Shown: positions 20,424-30,664, counted from the first letter of the stretch. The stretch: 64,000 nt of DNA from an uncultured Clostridia bacterium (GCA_944384415.1 CALWTF010000022.1:20116-84115), one strand, 5' to 3'. The notes: generated by a model not told the origin, from the sequence alone. Made by a program: numbers and translations.

Positions 20424-20517
20424 TTTAATCCTCCAATATTATAATACACCCAAAACAAAGATAATCGTGGATTATTCGATAATCTGTGTTAAAGGTACAT
20501 ATAGATAGTATCATAAA

Positions 20518-21717
20518 TCAGTTATTATGTAAAGAGTTTTCTAAAAAAAACTTTTCTTTCTTTTGTATCAATTCATCAATTCCAAAAACATATTGTGATA
20601 TGTCATAAGGATTTTTGAAATAAAATTTACTATTAGTAAGGTTATTAACAATAAAACTTTCTGCAAGTGTTCCACACGAAATTGTTGTTGAAATTTCGCT
20701 TGCATGGTCAATAAGAAACTTATTTTGAAAGCTATCATTTATTGAATAACCAACATTTTCAAAACAGCCATTTTCAATTTCTGTATTATATATAAAATAA
20801 GGAACATAACCTTTTTCTTTCATTTTGTAGTAAGAAAAATTTAATAATTTTCTTATAGACACTAAATCTTCTTCTTTTGTTAAAATTTTTTCAGGTTTTA
20901 AATACTTGCAAGTTCTTGCATAAAGATTAATATTGTTAGCTCCAAGGTCTGTTGCTAATTCAATGTTTCTTTTTAATTGTAATTCTTTCTCATCAAGCAA
21001 TCCTATAACTAAATCGAAACAAGTTTCAAAACCCATACTTATCACTAGCGTGTAAGCATTATATAAATCTTTAAATTCAAATCGTCTGCAAAGTTGTCTT
21101 AATGAAACAGTATTAAAAGTTAAACTATTAAAAACTATTTTTTTTACTCCAAATTTATTAAGTATTTCAAGTTTTTATTTTGTAATAAATAATGACGAGA
21201 CAACTTCTACAGTGGTATTACTAAAAGCATATGATGTATTTTTTAAAATATCTTCAATTTGAAAAGTATCTAAAGCTAGCAAGTTACCTGTAAAATAAAC
21301 ATTTTGAACTAAATAACACTTTTTTTGAATAATATTTTTTGCACTTTTTAATTCCTTTTTCAAAGCATCAATATAATATAAATACACATCAGAATATTTA
21401 GTTTTATCATACATAACTCTTGTACAATTAAAACATCTCCATAAACAAAAAGGCAAATTAATCATTAAATTAACTTCTTGATCATTTTTTACTATTGTAT
21501 CTTGAAAATTATATATATCAGTTAAAAGTTCAGCTTTTTGTCTGTCAAGTTTTAAATCAAAATGTAAATGATTTACTAATTTTTCAACAGGTATTTTATT
21601 AGTCTTTTGATATTTTACTAGTTCATCATATGGTGATTTGCAATGGAAAAAACCTGTCCAAGGACAGTTATAAAACATTCTTTCATTTAAAATTGGCTTT
21701 ATACTTCTGCGTGGCAT
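20518..21717 (-). pseudogene. HemN/HemZ-like radical SAM gene interrupted by one in-frame TAA
   Basis: Track ORFs 21175..21717 and 20518..21045 are in the same frame, separated only by the TAA at 21175-21177. The 43 codons after the stop still read as HemN-like (KLEILNKFGVKKIVFNSLTFNTVSLRQLCRRFEF). CxxxCxxC is present (CLWRCFNC). Confidence 0.7.
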
Positions 21718-21725
21718 ATCTTTCC

Positions 21726-24119
21726 TTAATATGTTTTCATTATTAACTCTAATTTATTATAAAAATATGATTTTTCTAATTTGCTAGTTATTCCACTATT
21801 AACTGAAATTTTATAATTTCCAATTTCGTTATTTACTTCAATTATTCCTAATTGTTTAAAAGTTTCAACGCAAGCAACGAATTGAACATAATTAATATTT
21901 TTATTAACCCTTTTTAATTTATTAAAATAGTTAAAATCGTCAAATGCTGTTATTTTTTGTTTGTCAGCTATCTTCAAAATATTGAAATAATTCCCAAATA
22001 CTTTTCTTGATAAATCCAAACTTTTAAATGGAGCATATAAAAATGGTGAGTTTTGCGGTATATATATAGTTGCATTTGTATTTTTATTTAAATCTACAAT
22101 GTACCCTTCATCTAAGACACTATCCAATAAAATAATGCGATTGTAATTTCTATAATCATTTGCCGAATTAGGACAAATACAAATAGTGTTATAACCATTG
22201 TCATTAGTTAAATTTAAATATTCATAACAAATAATATATTGTTTAAACGAACTTTTTTCAACAAAGTTTTTATAACTTTGCAAAGTATTTGTAATAATCA
22301 ATGTACCATAATAATTTGATTTTTGATTAAGTAATAATTCTTCTAAATTGTTTTTATTGTAAATTTTATATTTAGCTTTCAAACCAAAAGATGACATAGA
22401 AAGTTGTTTTATATATTCTCCCCCTATTCGCTCTGCACTAATGTTAGGAGTAGAATTTAATTGAATACTTTTAACAATACCTTTACAAATTTTATTGTTT
22501 CTAAAAGTATCAACATGTAATTCAGCTAAACATTCTTTTTCTGAACTTTGACTTATTAAATTATAATAATTAGGTGAATTAAATAAAATTAAATTTACAC
22601 TTGGCAACTGTATTGTTATATGATTTGGATTAGTTTTCATTGGATTACAAGTTGATTTATCAAAAGAAAAATGAAAAATTGGTGCAGGATTTTGACAACC
22701 AAATGGTTGAAGTTTTTCAAAACCTAAAATGTAATTTGCGTTAATGTCCTTTAAATCAACATCTAAATCATATTCTTCATATGGAACAAAAACTTTGTCA
22801 TCATATTTTAAACTGATAATTTTTTCCACTTCAATTACAAATTTTTCAAAATTATTTTTCTCTATTGTCATACCAGCCGCCATAGTATGTCCACCAAAAC
22901 TTGTTAACAAATCTTTTAACTCGGTTAATACTTCATGGATATTAATACCAGCTACACTTCTACAAGAACCTTTATAAAATTCACCTTCTAGCCCAAGTAA
23001 AAAAGTAGGTCTGTTAAATTCTTCAGATATTCTAGCTGCAACAATACCTAATATACCAATATTCCAATTATCATTAGCAAGTGCAATTACTTTATGGTTT
23101 GCCAAATTAATATTTTTTAGCTTTTTAATACAATCTAAGTAAACCATATTGCAAATATTTTGTCGTTCAGTATTATAGTTTATTAGTTTATTTATCATTT
23201 TTTGTAATTTAGTATGGTCTTTTTCTAAATATATATCTAAACTATGTTGAGCATCTCCCATTCTTCCAGCAGCATTAATTTTAGGAGCTAGTTTGAAACT
23301 AACTTCTTGACTTGTAATTGGTTTTGCCATTTTTAATTCTTTTATTAACATAGTTAATCCAATTGGAAAATCTGATAAAGGTTTGTTTAAACCAATTTGC
23401 ACGATTGCACGATTTTCATCAAGAAGTGGAACAATATCAGAAACAGTTGCAATAGCACAAACAGGAAGATATTTTTCTGCTGTTTCCAAATTTGATAATG
23501 CCATAACTAATTTCAATGCAACACCTGCTCCACACATTTCTTTAAATGGATATTTTTCTCCAGGTACTTTGGCATCAATTATTAAACAATCTGGTAAAAT
23601 ATCTGGACAATCATGATGGTCAGTTACTATTATATCTACACCTTTAGATTTTAAATAATCAACTTCTTTATAACCACTTATTCCACAATCAACTGTTATA
23701 ATAAGTTCAGGTTTAAAGGCTTCAAGCACTTTATTTGCTGTTTCCATTGTTAAACCATAACCATCAACATATCTATTAGGTAAAAATGCATCTACATCAT
23801 ATCCTATACTTTTAAAATAATCAATAAGAATATAACTTGCAGTAATACCATCTACATCATAATCACCAAAAATTAAAATTCTTTTTTTATTTAACATTGC
23901 ATTATTTATTTTATCCACTACTGCTTTCATATTATTGAATAAAAATGGATTGTGTAAGTCTTTTAAACTAGGATTAAGAAATTTATCAATTTGTTCATCT
24001 GTTGTGAAATTTCGCAATAACAAAAGCTCTGCAACTGATTCAGTTACAGAAAATTTTCTTGCTATATCTTTTATTCTTGATTCATCTATATTAATATCAT
24101 TTATTTTACGAAATTCCAT
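21726..24119 (-). CDS. recJ: single-stranded-DNA-specific exonuclease RecJ
   Basis: DHH motifs (IFGDYDVDGITAS, ITVDCGISG, IIVTDHHD) and DHHA1 (GGHTMAAGMT); long C-terminal region as in Firmicute RecJ. Confidence 0.9.
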   Translation of the reverse strand: MEFRKINDINIDESRIKDIARKFSVTESVAELLLLRNFTTDEQIDKFLNPSLKDLHNPFLFNNMKAVVDKINNAMLNKKRILIFGDYDVDGITASYILIDYFKSIGYDVDAFLPNRYVDGYGLTMETANKVLEAFKPELIITVDCGISGYKEVDYLKSKGVDIIVTDHHDCPDILPDCLIIDAKVPGEKYPFKEMCGAGVALKLVMALSNLETAEKYLPVCAIATVSDIVPLLDENRAIVQIGLNKPLSDFPIGLTMLIKELKMAKPITSQEVSFKLAPKINAAGRMGDAQHSLDIYLEKDHTKLQKMINKLINYNTERQNICNMVYLDCIKKLKNINLANHKVIALANDNWNIGILGIVAARISEEFNRPTFLLGLEGEFYKGSCRSVAGINIHEVLTELKDLLTSFGGHTMAAGMTIEKNNFEKFVIEVEKIISLKYDDKVFVPYEEYDLDVDLKDINANYILGFEKLQPFGCQNPAPIFHFSFDKSTCNPMKTNPNHITIQLPSVNLILFNSPNYYNLISQSSEKECLAELHVDTFRNNKICKGIVKSIQLNSTPNISAERIGGEYIKQLSMSSFGLKAKYKIYNKNNLEELLLNQKSNYYGTLIITNTLQSYKNFVEKSSFKQYIICYEYLNLTNDNGYNTICICPNSANDYRNYNRIILLDSVLDEGYIVDLNKNTNATIYIPQNSPFLYAPFKSLDLSRKVFGNYFNILKIADKQKITAFDDFNYFNKLKRVNKNINYVQFVACVETFKQLGIIEVNNEIGNYKISVNSGITSKLEKSYFYNKLELIMKTY

Positions 24120-24133
24120 AATTCCCCTTTATA

Positions 24134-24162
24134 GAAAACCAGCCCTTTACACGAAAGGGCTG
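24134..24162 (-). terminator. terminator after secF
   Basis: GC-rich 9-bp perfect stem (plus CAGCCCTTT / AAAGGGCTG), 5-nt loop, short T-run on the minus strand; stands out in AT-rich DNA. Confidence 0.6.
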
Positions 24163-24169
24163 AGTTTTA

Positions 24170-25234
24170 TTAATCAACATGTGGTTCTGCTGTTGTTTCA
24201 ACAAAATTAACAGGTTCTAAATCTTTTTTTGTTTTTTTCTTTTTTGATATATAATATGAACTGCGTTTATCAAAACGAGAATTTGTTATCATTTTTGTCC
24301 ATAATGGTGCAGAAATAAATATTGCAGCATATGTTCCAACAATTAAACCAAATAAAATTGGAATAATAAATTCTCTTATACTATCAACACCTATAATTGC
24401 AAGCATAAATACAGCAGCAATTGTTGTTATAGATGTACCTAATGTTCTTGTTAAAGTTTGTCTTACTGATAAATCAGCAATTTGTGAATTTGAAAGCCCA
24501 GCCAATGATTCTTTCTTACAATTTTCACGAACACGGTCAAAAACAACTATTGTATTATTTACCGAATAACCTAAAATGGTAATTAAAGCTGCAATAAATG
24601 AAGCATTAATTTCAATACGACATATTATTACTAATGCTGTCATTACAAGCACATCATGTGCAAGAGTAATTATAGCCGATAAACCACTTACCAACTCAAA
24701 TCTTATTGCAGTATAAATTAATATTGCAATAATAGCTATTGATAATGCTATCAACGAGTTTAATAATAATTCACTACTTGCACTTGCACTTTTTGTTTGA
24801 GAAGCTGATACAACATAACCTTCATCTGAAAAAATTGTTTCTAAATCAGTTTTAAGCTTTTCATTAATTTGTTCCATATCAGCATTTATATTTTGATATT
24901 GAATTTGAATTTCAGCAGTAGAGCCAGTACCAGATTTTTGAAGTCTGGAAACAGACAATCCATTTTCATTAAAAACTTTTGTTATTTCAGATTGAATTTG
25001 GTTGTACTTTGCATCATCATAAGTATCTTCACCAGATTTTACTGTTATAATATTTCCACCAGTATAATCCATTCCAAGGTTAAAACCTATTGAACAAAGC
25101 ATAACGGTTCCAATAAATATTACCAATAAACCAAATATCCAAAAGTATTTTGAAAGAGAAGTTGGTTTAAATTTTTCACTTAAAAAATAGTCAAATACTT
25201 TATTTGATTTGCTTTTTTTATCATTACTTTGCAT
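24170..25234 (-). CDS. secF: protein translocase subunit SecF
   Basis: SecD/SecF-family membrane topology with a periplasmic loop; conserved GYSVNNTIVVFDRVREN block; overlaps secD by 11 nt. Confidence 0.9.
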   Translation of the reverse strand: MQSNDKKSKSNKVFDYFLSEKFKPTSLSKYFWIFGLLVIFIGTVMLCSIGFNLGMDYTGGNIITVKSGEDTYDDAKYNQIQSEITKVFNENGLSVSRLQKSGTGSTAEIQIQYQNINADMEQINEKLKTDLETIFSDEGYVVSASQTKSASASSELLLNSLIALSIAIIAILIYTAIRFELVSGLSAIITLAHDVLVMTALVIICRIEINASFIAALITILGYSVNNTIVVFDRVRENCKKESLAGLSNSQIADLSVRQTLTRTLGTSITTIAAVFMLAIIGVDSIREFIIPILFGLIVGTYAAIFISAPLWTKMITNSRFDKRSSYYISKKKKTKKDLEPVNFVETTAEPHVD

Positions 25235-26540
25235 TGACCTGTACCTCCCTTTTTAAAGAATACTTATTTGCCTTATTACTATTTATATAGTAGTACCAGT
25301 TAAGGAAGGTTTTTGAAATAACCAAAGCTGAGAACATAGATAGAACAATACCTATGAATAATGTTATAGCAAAACCTTGTATTGAACCAGTTCCAAAGAA
25401 ATAAAGAATTAATGCAGAAATTAAAGTTGTAATGTTTGAGTCTAAAATAGCAGGCCTTGCTCTTTTAAATCCAGCTTCAATAGACGGTTGTAAACGCTTC
25501 CCATATGCATATTCTTCTTTAATTCTTTCAAATATAATAATATTAGCATCAATTGCCATACCAATTGACAATATAATTCCTGCTATACCTTCAAGTGTTA
25601 ATTGAACTAATGGTATTGCTTGCAAGAAGAATAAATACAATATGATATAAAACATTAAAGCAAATGAAGCCAATAACCCCATAATTTTATAACGCCATAT
25701 CATATAAACAACCATCAAAAATATACCTATAACTGCAGCAATTAAACCATATTTTATTGCATCAACACCCAAGGTAGCACTAATTACAGAACTTTCGGCT
25801 AATGTAAGATTAACTGAAAAAGTACCACTCATAATCTGTAAAGCAAAACTTTCAGCTTCTTCTTGTGAATTCATACTTCCAGATATAAATGTTGAACCAC
25901 CAGCTATTCCCTCAGAAACAGATGCTTTAGATACTAATTCTTCAGTACCATCACCATAAACAGCATAAATATAAATATAATTATCAGATGCTTCGGCTTG
26001 TTGTTTTGTTAAATTAAAGAACTTTGTTGAACCTTCAGCATCAAATTTAATAACTACACCATATTCTGGAGAACCACTTGAACTTTGTTGATAAGAAGCA
26101 TATACATCACTTATATTTTTACCAGTAAGTTCTGCTTCACCTGTTTCACTTGCTCGAAATTCAAGTTCAGCTGGATTACCTATCATATCAAAAACTGTTT
26201 GAGGGTCTTCAACATCAGGAACTTCTACCCTAATTTTATTTCCATCTTGTACTGAAACAACTGATTCTGGATAACCTTCTTTTGTTAAAACATTTTGAAG
26301 TCTTGCTACAGTTGCGTTTAAGTTACTATCAAAATTGCCCCCACTTTGACTAGATGGTGTTGCTTCATAAACAGCCAAAACCCCACCCTTTAAGTCAAGG
26401 CCGAGTTTAATTGAGTTTGCAAACCCTTTATAAATTTGAGTTGTAAAAGGGATGTTAAATTGACAAAATGTCAAAACAAAACCCAACAACATAAATACAA
26501 ATAAAAAAATAAATCGCTTAATAGCAGTTGGTTTATTCAT
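25224..26540 (-). CDS. secD: protein translocase subunit SecD
   Basis: LGLDLKGGV block, large extracytoplasmic loop, C-terminal six-TM bundle with GMAIDANIIIFERIKEE. Confidence 0.9.
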   Translation of the reverse strand: MNKPTAIKRFIFLFVFMLLGFVLTFCQFNIPFTTQIYKGFANSIKLGLDLKGGVLAVYEATPSSQSGGNFDSNLNATVARLQNVLTKEGYPESVVSVQDGNKIRVEVPDVEDPQTVFDMIGNPAELEFRASETGEAELTGKNISDVYASYQQSSSGSPEYGVVIKFDAEGSTKFFNLTKQQAEASDNYIYIYAVYGDGTEELVSKASVSEGIAGGSTFISGSMNSQEEAESFALQIMSGTFSVNLTLAESSVISATLGVDAIKYGLIAAVIGIFLMVVYMIWRYKIMGLLASFALMFYIILYLFFLQAIPLVQLTLEGIAGIILSIGMAIDANIIIFERIKEEYAYGKRLQPSIEAGFKRARPAILDSNITTLISALILYFFGTGSIQGFAITLFIGIVLSMFSALVISKTFLNWYYYINSNKANKYSLKREVQVNAK

Positions 26541-26731
26541 TTAATCGACTCCTTCTAGATAAAAGTTATTATATATCACAAAACTGTTTTAGTCAATTAT
26601 TTTTAATTAAAAAAGGTAATTTACCATTGTTTTTATTATTGACAATAAAAATAATTTTCAAAAATAAAAATAAAAATAAGCATAATTTATAAAAACACTA
26701 TCATATAATACGAAAAACAGGAGGACGAACA

Positions 26732-27130
26732 ATGGGAACAGCAAAAATTTTAGAAAAGAACAATTCAGTGATTTTAGCAATAATAAAAGGCTCGTTTTGG
26801 GGAGTTGCCTTTTCTTTAATTTGCATTTTAATATTTGCATTTATATTAAAATATACAAGCATTTCAGAAACAGTAATTCAACCAGTTAATCAAGTAATAA
26901 AAGGTTTAAGTTTACTTGTAGCTTGTTATTTTACATCTCGGACTGTACACAAAAATGGTTGGTTAGTTGGTCTTTCTGTTGGCCTACTTTATACTGTTTT
27001 AACATATTTAATTTTTTCTATTTTAGAAGGCAATTTTGTTTTTGGGTTAAGTTTATTAAATGATATCGTTTTTGGAAGTATTGGTGGTGCTATTGCAGGA
27101 ATAATTTGTATTTCTCTTTTGCGTAAATAA
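26732..27130 (+). CDS. small 4-TM membrane protein (TIGR04086/YrzE-like, tentative)
   Basis: AGGAGG SD 7 nt upstream of the ATG; four hydrophobic helices; family assignment is from memory of the general pattern only. Confidence 0.45.
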   Translation: MGTAKILEKNNSVILAIIKGSFWGVAFSLICILIFAFILKYTSISETVIQPVNQVIKGLSLLVACYFTSRTVHKNGWLVGLSVGLLYTVLTYLIFSILEGNFVFGLSLLNDIVFGSIGGAIAGIICISLLRK

Positions 27131-27160
27131 CAAATATTTTAAATTATAAATGTTTATAGT

Positions 27161-27192
27161 AAAAAATTGGAACAAATTTGTTCCAATTTTTA
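27161..27192. terminator. bidirectional terminator between the membrane protein gene and yajC
   Basis: Perfect 20-nt palindrome TTGGAACAAATTTGTTCCAA (27167-27186) flanked by an A-run and a T-run. Confidence 0.65.
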
Positions 27193-27200
27193 TTTAAAAA

Positions 27201-27764
27201 TTATTTCTTATTTTTTTTATTTTGACTTTTTTTATTTTTATTTTCAGAAACTTCGGTTAATTGTTCAAGTTCTTCAACAGTTTTATCTTTATCATTATTA
27301 TCATCATTGTTATTATCATCATTGTTATTATCATCATTGTTGTTATTATTGTTATTATTATTATTGTTATTATTCTGCTCAATTTTTGGTGTTGCAAGTT
27401 CAGCAGGTTCTATTATGTTACCATCTTTATCATAAACTATATCTTGTTTATTATCAACACCATAAATTGCGTTTGCATCAACGGTAAGATAACCTAATTT
27501 ATTACCTTCACCCATTTCAAGTAAAACAACTTTACCATCAGTTGTTTCTTTAATTGAAACGATTGTTCCATAAAAACCACTATAAGTTTTTACTTTATCA
27601 CCTGGTTTAAGTGCGTCCATCATTTCTTTAACTTGACTATTATATTTTTTTCTTCTATTAAAGCTTACAACATACATAACGATAATTAATGCCAAAAGTA
27701 CTAAAATAAGCCAATATTGTGAAAAGAAACTAGCAACATCTGCTATATGTGATATTAAATTCAT
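27201..27764 (-). CDS. yajC: preprotein translocase subunit YajC with an Asn/Asp-rich C-terminal extension
   Basis: N-terminal TM plus the YajC core LKPGDKVKTYSGFYGTIVSI...VLLEMGEGN. The extra ~70 aa tail contains EQNNNNNNNNNNNNNDDNNNDDNNNDDNNDKDK. Confidence 0.8.
   Translation of the reverse strand: MNLISHIADVASFFSQYWLILVLLALIIVMYVVSFNRRKKYNSQVKEMMDALKPGDKVKTYSGFYGTIVSIKETTDGKVVLLEMGEGNKLGYLTVDANAIYGVDNKQDIVYDKDGNIIEPAELATPKIEQNNNNNNNNNNNNNDDNNNDDNNNDDNNDKDKTVEELEQLTEVSENKNKKSQNKKNKK
27301..27345 (-). repeat. in-frame 15-nt tandem repeat (3 copies) inside yajC
   Basis: Plus strand TCATCATTGTTATTA x2 then TCATCATTGTTGTTA. On the coding strand each unit is AAT AAC AAT GAT GAT = NNNDD. Confidence 0.9.
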
Positions 27765-27857
27765 AATTTATATTCTCCTTATATTAATACAACGATTATA
27801 CACAAATTTAAAAAGGTTAGCAACAAATTTTAGCATAAAATTGCTAAAACAATATAG

Positions 27858-28904
27858 TTAATTTGGATTATTTTGAACTAATTTGTTTAAATCATCAATT
27901 TTTTCTTGATTTAAAGTTCTGCCTAAATGTTCATAAGCTTTTGGAAGTGCAACTCGTCCTCTATTAGTTCTAGCTATAAAACCTAATTGCATCAAATAAG
28001 GTTCATAAACATCTTCTATTGTACTTGCTTCTTCACCTGTTGCGGCCGACAAAGTATCCAATCCAACAGGTCCACCCTTAAATTTATCAATTATTGCCGT
28101 TAATATACGATGGTCAACCGAATCTAAACCTAATTCATCAATTTCCATCATTTTAAGTGCTTTTTTTGCACTTTCCAAAGTTATAACACCAGTACCTTCA
28201 ACTTCTGCATAGTCGCGCACACGCTTTAATAATCTATTTGCAATTCTTGGAGTTCCCCGTGAACGCTTAGCAATTTCCATTTCTGCATCATCTTCAATTT
28301 TAATACCTAAAATACCTGCTGACCTTTTCAAAATTACTGATAATTCTTCAGGTGAATACATTTCCAACCTTCCAAGAACACCAAATCTATCACGAAGAGG
28401 ACCTGTTAACATACCAGCTCTTGTTGTTGCACCAATTAAAGTAAAAGGTTGAATTTTTAAACGAATGCTTTTTGCTGCAGGACCTTTACCAACAACAAAA
28501 TCTAAAGCATAATCTTCCATAGCTGGATATAGAATTTCTTCAACAGCTCTACTTAAACGATGAATTTCATCAATAAATAAAACATCATTTTTCCCAAGAT
28601 TAGTTAAAATTGCAGCCAAATCGGCTGCGTGTTCTATTGCAGGACCACTTGTTACCCTTAATTGTGCCCCTAATTCATTAGCAATTATGTGACTTAAAGT
28701 AGTTTTGCCTAATCCAGGAGGTCCAAATAATAAAACATGGTCAAGTGCTTCTCCTCGTTTTTTTGCTGCTTTTATATATATAGAAATGCTTTCTTTTACT
28801 TTTTGTTGTCCAACATAGTCATCAATAATTGTTGGTCTTAATGAGTTTTCAACAATTTCATCATCTTGTTGTTTACTACTTGTTATAAAACTTTCTTCCT
28901 CCAA
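27858..28904 (-). CDS. ruvB: Holliday junction branch migration ATPase RuvB
   Basis: [17 protein letters not shown], Walker [10 protein letters not shown], Walker [10 protein letters not shown], and the C-terminal [17 protein letters not shown] block. Confidence 0.97.
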   Translation of the reverse strand: MEEESFITSSKQQDDEIVENSLRPTIIDDYVGQQKVKESISIYIKAAKKRGEALDHVLLFGPPGLGKTTLSHIIANELGAQLRVTSGPAIEHAADLAAILTNLGKNDVLFIDEIHRLSRAVEEILYPAMEDYALDFVVGKGPAAKSIRLKIQPFTLIGATTRAGMLTGPLRDRFGVLGRLEMYSPEELSVILKRSAGILGIKIEDDAEMEIAKRSRGTPRIANRLLKRVRDYAEVEGTGVITLESAKKALKMMEIDELGLDSVDHRILTAIIDKFKGGPVGLDTLSAATGEEASTIEDVYEPYLMQLGFIARTNRGRVALPKAYEHLGRTLNQEKIDDLNKLVQNNPN

Positions 28905-28907
28905 TTT

Positions 28908-29495
28908 TTACCTCCCAAGCTCTTTAAAAGCTTTTGCTAACAATGTTTCAAGAGTGTCACCACTTTGTATGTTGTTTTGTATTATTTGAGTAGCAATGTT
29001 TTTATTTACTCCCCAATCAACCAAAACAGCAACAGCAGAATCAAAAATTCCACCCATTGAAGAACTTGTAAGTGCTATTGGTGTTTCACCAACAAAATCC
29101 ATTTTTTCTTTTAATTCTAATAAAATTCTTTCACGAAGTTTTGTTCCAACACCTTTTATACCTTTTAAAATCGAACCGTTTTGTGTAGCAATTGCCATAG
29201 CTAAATTGGTTGCAGTTATACCACTTAAAATATTAATTGCCATTCTAGGACCAACACCATTAACTAAAATTAACTTTTTAAAAACTTCTTTTTCTTGTTT
29301 ATCGGAAAAACCAAATAAAGTAATTTCATCTTCTCGAACATGCATATAAGTATAAATTATTGCATTTTCTCCAACATTTGGAATTTTTTCAGCGGTTGTT
29401 GCAGAAACATTTACTTCAAAACCAATTGAATTATTTTCAATAACAACTAAATTGTTATCTTTTTGAACAATAACTCCTTTTATAAAACTTAGCAT
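28908..29495 (-). CDS. ruvA: Holliday junction DNA helicase RuvA
   Basis: MLSFIKGVI..., FGFSDKQEKEVFKKLILVNGVGPRMAINILS (HhH motifs); sits between ruvC and ruvB. Confidence 0.9.
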   Translation of the reverse strand: MLSFIKGVIVQKDNNLVVIENNSIGFEVNVSATTAEKIPNVGENAIIYTYMHVREDEITLFGFSDKQEKEVFKKLILVNGVGPRMAINILSGITATNLAMAIATQNGSILKGIKGVGTKLRERILLELKEKMDFVGETPIALTSSSMGGIFDSAVAVLVDWGVNKNIATQIIQNNIQSGDTLETLLAKAFKELGR

Positions 29496-29521
29496 AGATA
29501 TTTTATTTCCTTTTCATTATA

Positions 29522-30010
29522 TTATATATTACCACGCATTGCTTGATTTGTTTGTGCGTGACAAATCGCAACTGCTAAAGCATCAGCAGCATCATCTGGT
29601 TTTGGTTTTTTATCAAGACCCAAAATGGTTTTTACCATAAATTCCATTTGGCTTTTATCAGCTCTTCCCATACCTGTTAAAGCCAGTTTAATTTCATTTG
29701 GTTTATATTCATATACAGGTATTTTACTATCTTCAACTGCCAACAAAATTACTCCCCGAGCTTCAGCTACACATATTGCAGTGGTTGTATTTCTACCAAA
29801 AAACAGCTCTTCAATTGCAACATTTTCAGGATTATATTTTTCAATCAATTTTTTCACACAATTATAAATTACTTTCAATCTTTGTGAAAATTTCATTTCT
29901 TTTGGAGTAGCGATTGCACCATAATCCAACATTTTAACATTAGAATTAGTTTTTTCAATAACGCCATAACCTACCAAGCCATAGCCTGGGTCTATACCTA
30001 ATATAATCAA
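29522..30010 (-). CDS. ruvC: crossover junction endodeoxyribonuclease RuvC
   Basis: IILGIDPGYGLVGYGVIE and the catalytic C-terminal block DAADALAVAICHA. Start moved to the TTG at 30010 (GAAGGGGG SD 6 nt upstream); the track's 14-aa N-extension has no SD. Confidence 0.9.
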   Translation of the reverse strand: MIILGIDPGYGLVGYGVIEKTNSNVKMLDYGAIATPKEMKFSQRLKVIYNCVKKLIEKYNPENVAIEELFFGRNTTTAICVAEARGVILLAVEDSKIPVYEYKPNEIKLALTGMGRADKSQMEFMVKTILGLDKKPKPDDAADALAVAICHAQTNQAMRGNI

Positions 30011-30156
30011 CTTATTCCCCCTTCTTGTAAACACAATAATATCATAATACATATAAAAAGTAAAACAAATTTTCTAATTTATAATATTTAGTAGTAAATA
30101 AAATAAATCAGAAAAAATAGTTATAAAAAAATTTTTAAAAAATTTTGTTAAATCAC

Positions 30157-30185
30157 TTGATTTTTGTTTTTATTTCAAGTATAAT
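30157..30185 (+). promoter_or_regulatory. sigma-70 promoter for tRNA-Val/tRNA-Gly
   Basis: TTGATT (30157-30162), 17-nt spacer, TATAAT (30180-30185). Confidence 0.65.
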
Positions 30186-30225
30186 GAGAATGTTCAATCG
30201 ATTAATTTGGTTGAAAGTATTATGT

Positions 30226-30301
30226 GGAAGCTTAGCTCAGCTGGTAGAGCGTCTGCCTTACAAGCAGAGGGTCATAGGTTCGAGTCCTATAGCTTCCACC
30301 A
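30226..30301 (+). tRNA. trnV: tRNA-Val (anticodon TAC)
   Basis: Acceptor GGAAGCT/AGCTTCC, D-arm GCTCAGCTGGTAGAGC, anticodon loop CTTACAA, T-arm ATAGGTTCGAGTCCTAT, encoded CCA. Confidence 0.95.
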
Positions 30302-30308
30302 TTTTTTT

Positions 30309-30384
30309 GCGGGAGTAGCTCAGTTGGTAGAGCGTCACCTTGCCAAGGTGAATGTCGCGGGTTCGAGTCCCGTCTCCCGCTCCA
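30309..30384 (+). tRNA. trnG: tRNA-Gly (anticodon GCC)
   Basis: Acceptor GCGGGAG/CTCCCGC, anticodon stem TCACC/GGTGA with loop TTGCCAA, T-arm GCGGGTTCGAGTCCCGT, encoded CCA. Confidence 0.95.
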
Positions 30385-30386
30385 TA

Positions 30387-30416
30387 AAGAACCGACAATA
30401 TTTTTGGTTCTTTTTT
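30387..30416 (+). terminator. rho-independent terminator after tRNA-Gly
   Basis: Stem AAGAACC / GGTTCTT, 12-nt loop, T6 run. Confidence 0.6.
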
Positions 30417-30536
30417 AATTTAAAATTTAAATAGTTGTAATTTGCCAAACCACTTTAACTTGTAACATTAACTAAAATATTTACATATAAATTTAAATAA
30501 GACTTTTATTAAAAATAAAAATTTTAATAAAATTGC

Positions 30537-30565
30537 TTGCAAAAGTTGTTTATATGTGATAAAAT
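30537..30565 (+). promoter_or_regulatory. sigma-70 promoter (extended -10) for tRNA-Cys/tRNA-Leu
   Basis: TTGCAA (30537-30542), 17-nt spacer ending TGa, TAAAAT (30560-30565). Confidence 0.6.
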
Positions 30566-30589
30566 GAAACAAGTCTTATTCCGAGAGAT

Positions 30590-30664
30590 GGCGCCATAGC
30601 CAAGTGGTAAGGCACAGGTCTGCAAAACCTTTATTCACCAGTTCAAATCTGGTTGGCGCCTCCA
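30590..30664 (+). tRNA. trnC: tRNA-Cys (anticodon GCA)
   Basis: Acceptor GGCGCCA/TGGCGCC, anticodon loop CTGCAAA, T-arm ACCAGTTCAAATCTGGT, A13:A22 mismatch as seen in tRNA-Cys, encoded CCA. Confidence 0.92.

Noticed and set aside
20518-21717. Treating 21175..21717 and 20518..21045 as two separate genes
   Set aside because: Both are in the same frame, separated by one TAA. The inter-ORF codons continue the HemN-like sequence and there is no SD before the second Met. The region is better explained as one interrupted gene.
27290-27370. Possible CRISPR or other repeat array
   Set aside because: The only tandem repeats in the window (here, and a 12-nt duplication near 14600-14650 in ftsK) are short, contiguous, in-frame coding repeats without spacers. 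No repeat-spacer architecture or cas genes were seen.
27167-27497. Two plus-strand ORFs (106 aa and 78 aa) with Tyr/His/Cys- or Ile-rich repeats
   Set aside because: They are the antisense reading of the yajC Asn/Asp repeat region. The repetitive 'proteins' are artefacts of the tandem repeat.
30207-30434. 75-aa ORF spanning the tRNA-Val/tRNA-Gly region
   Set aside because: The sequence folds into two canonical tRNAs with encoded CCA ends. The ORF is coincidental.
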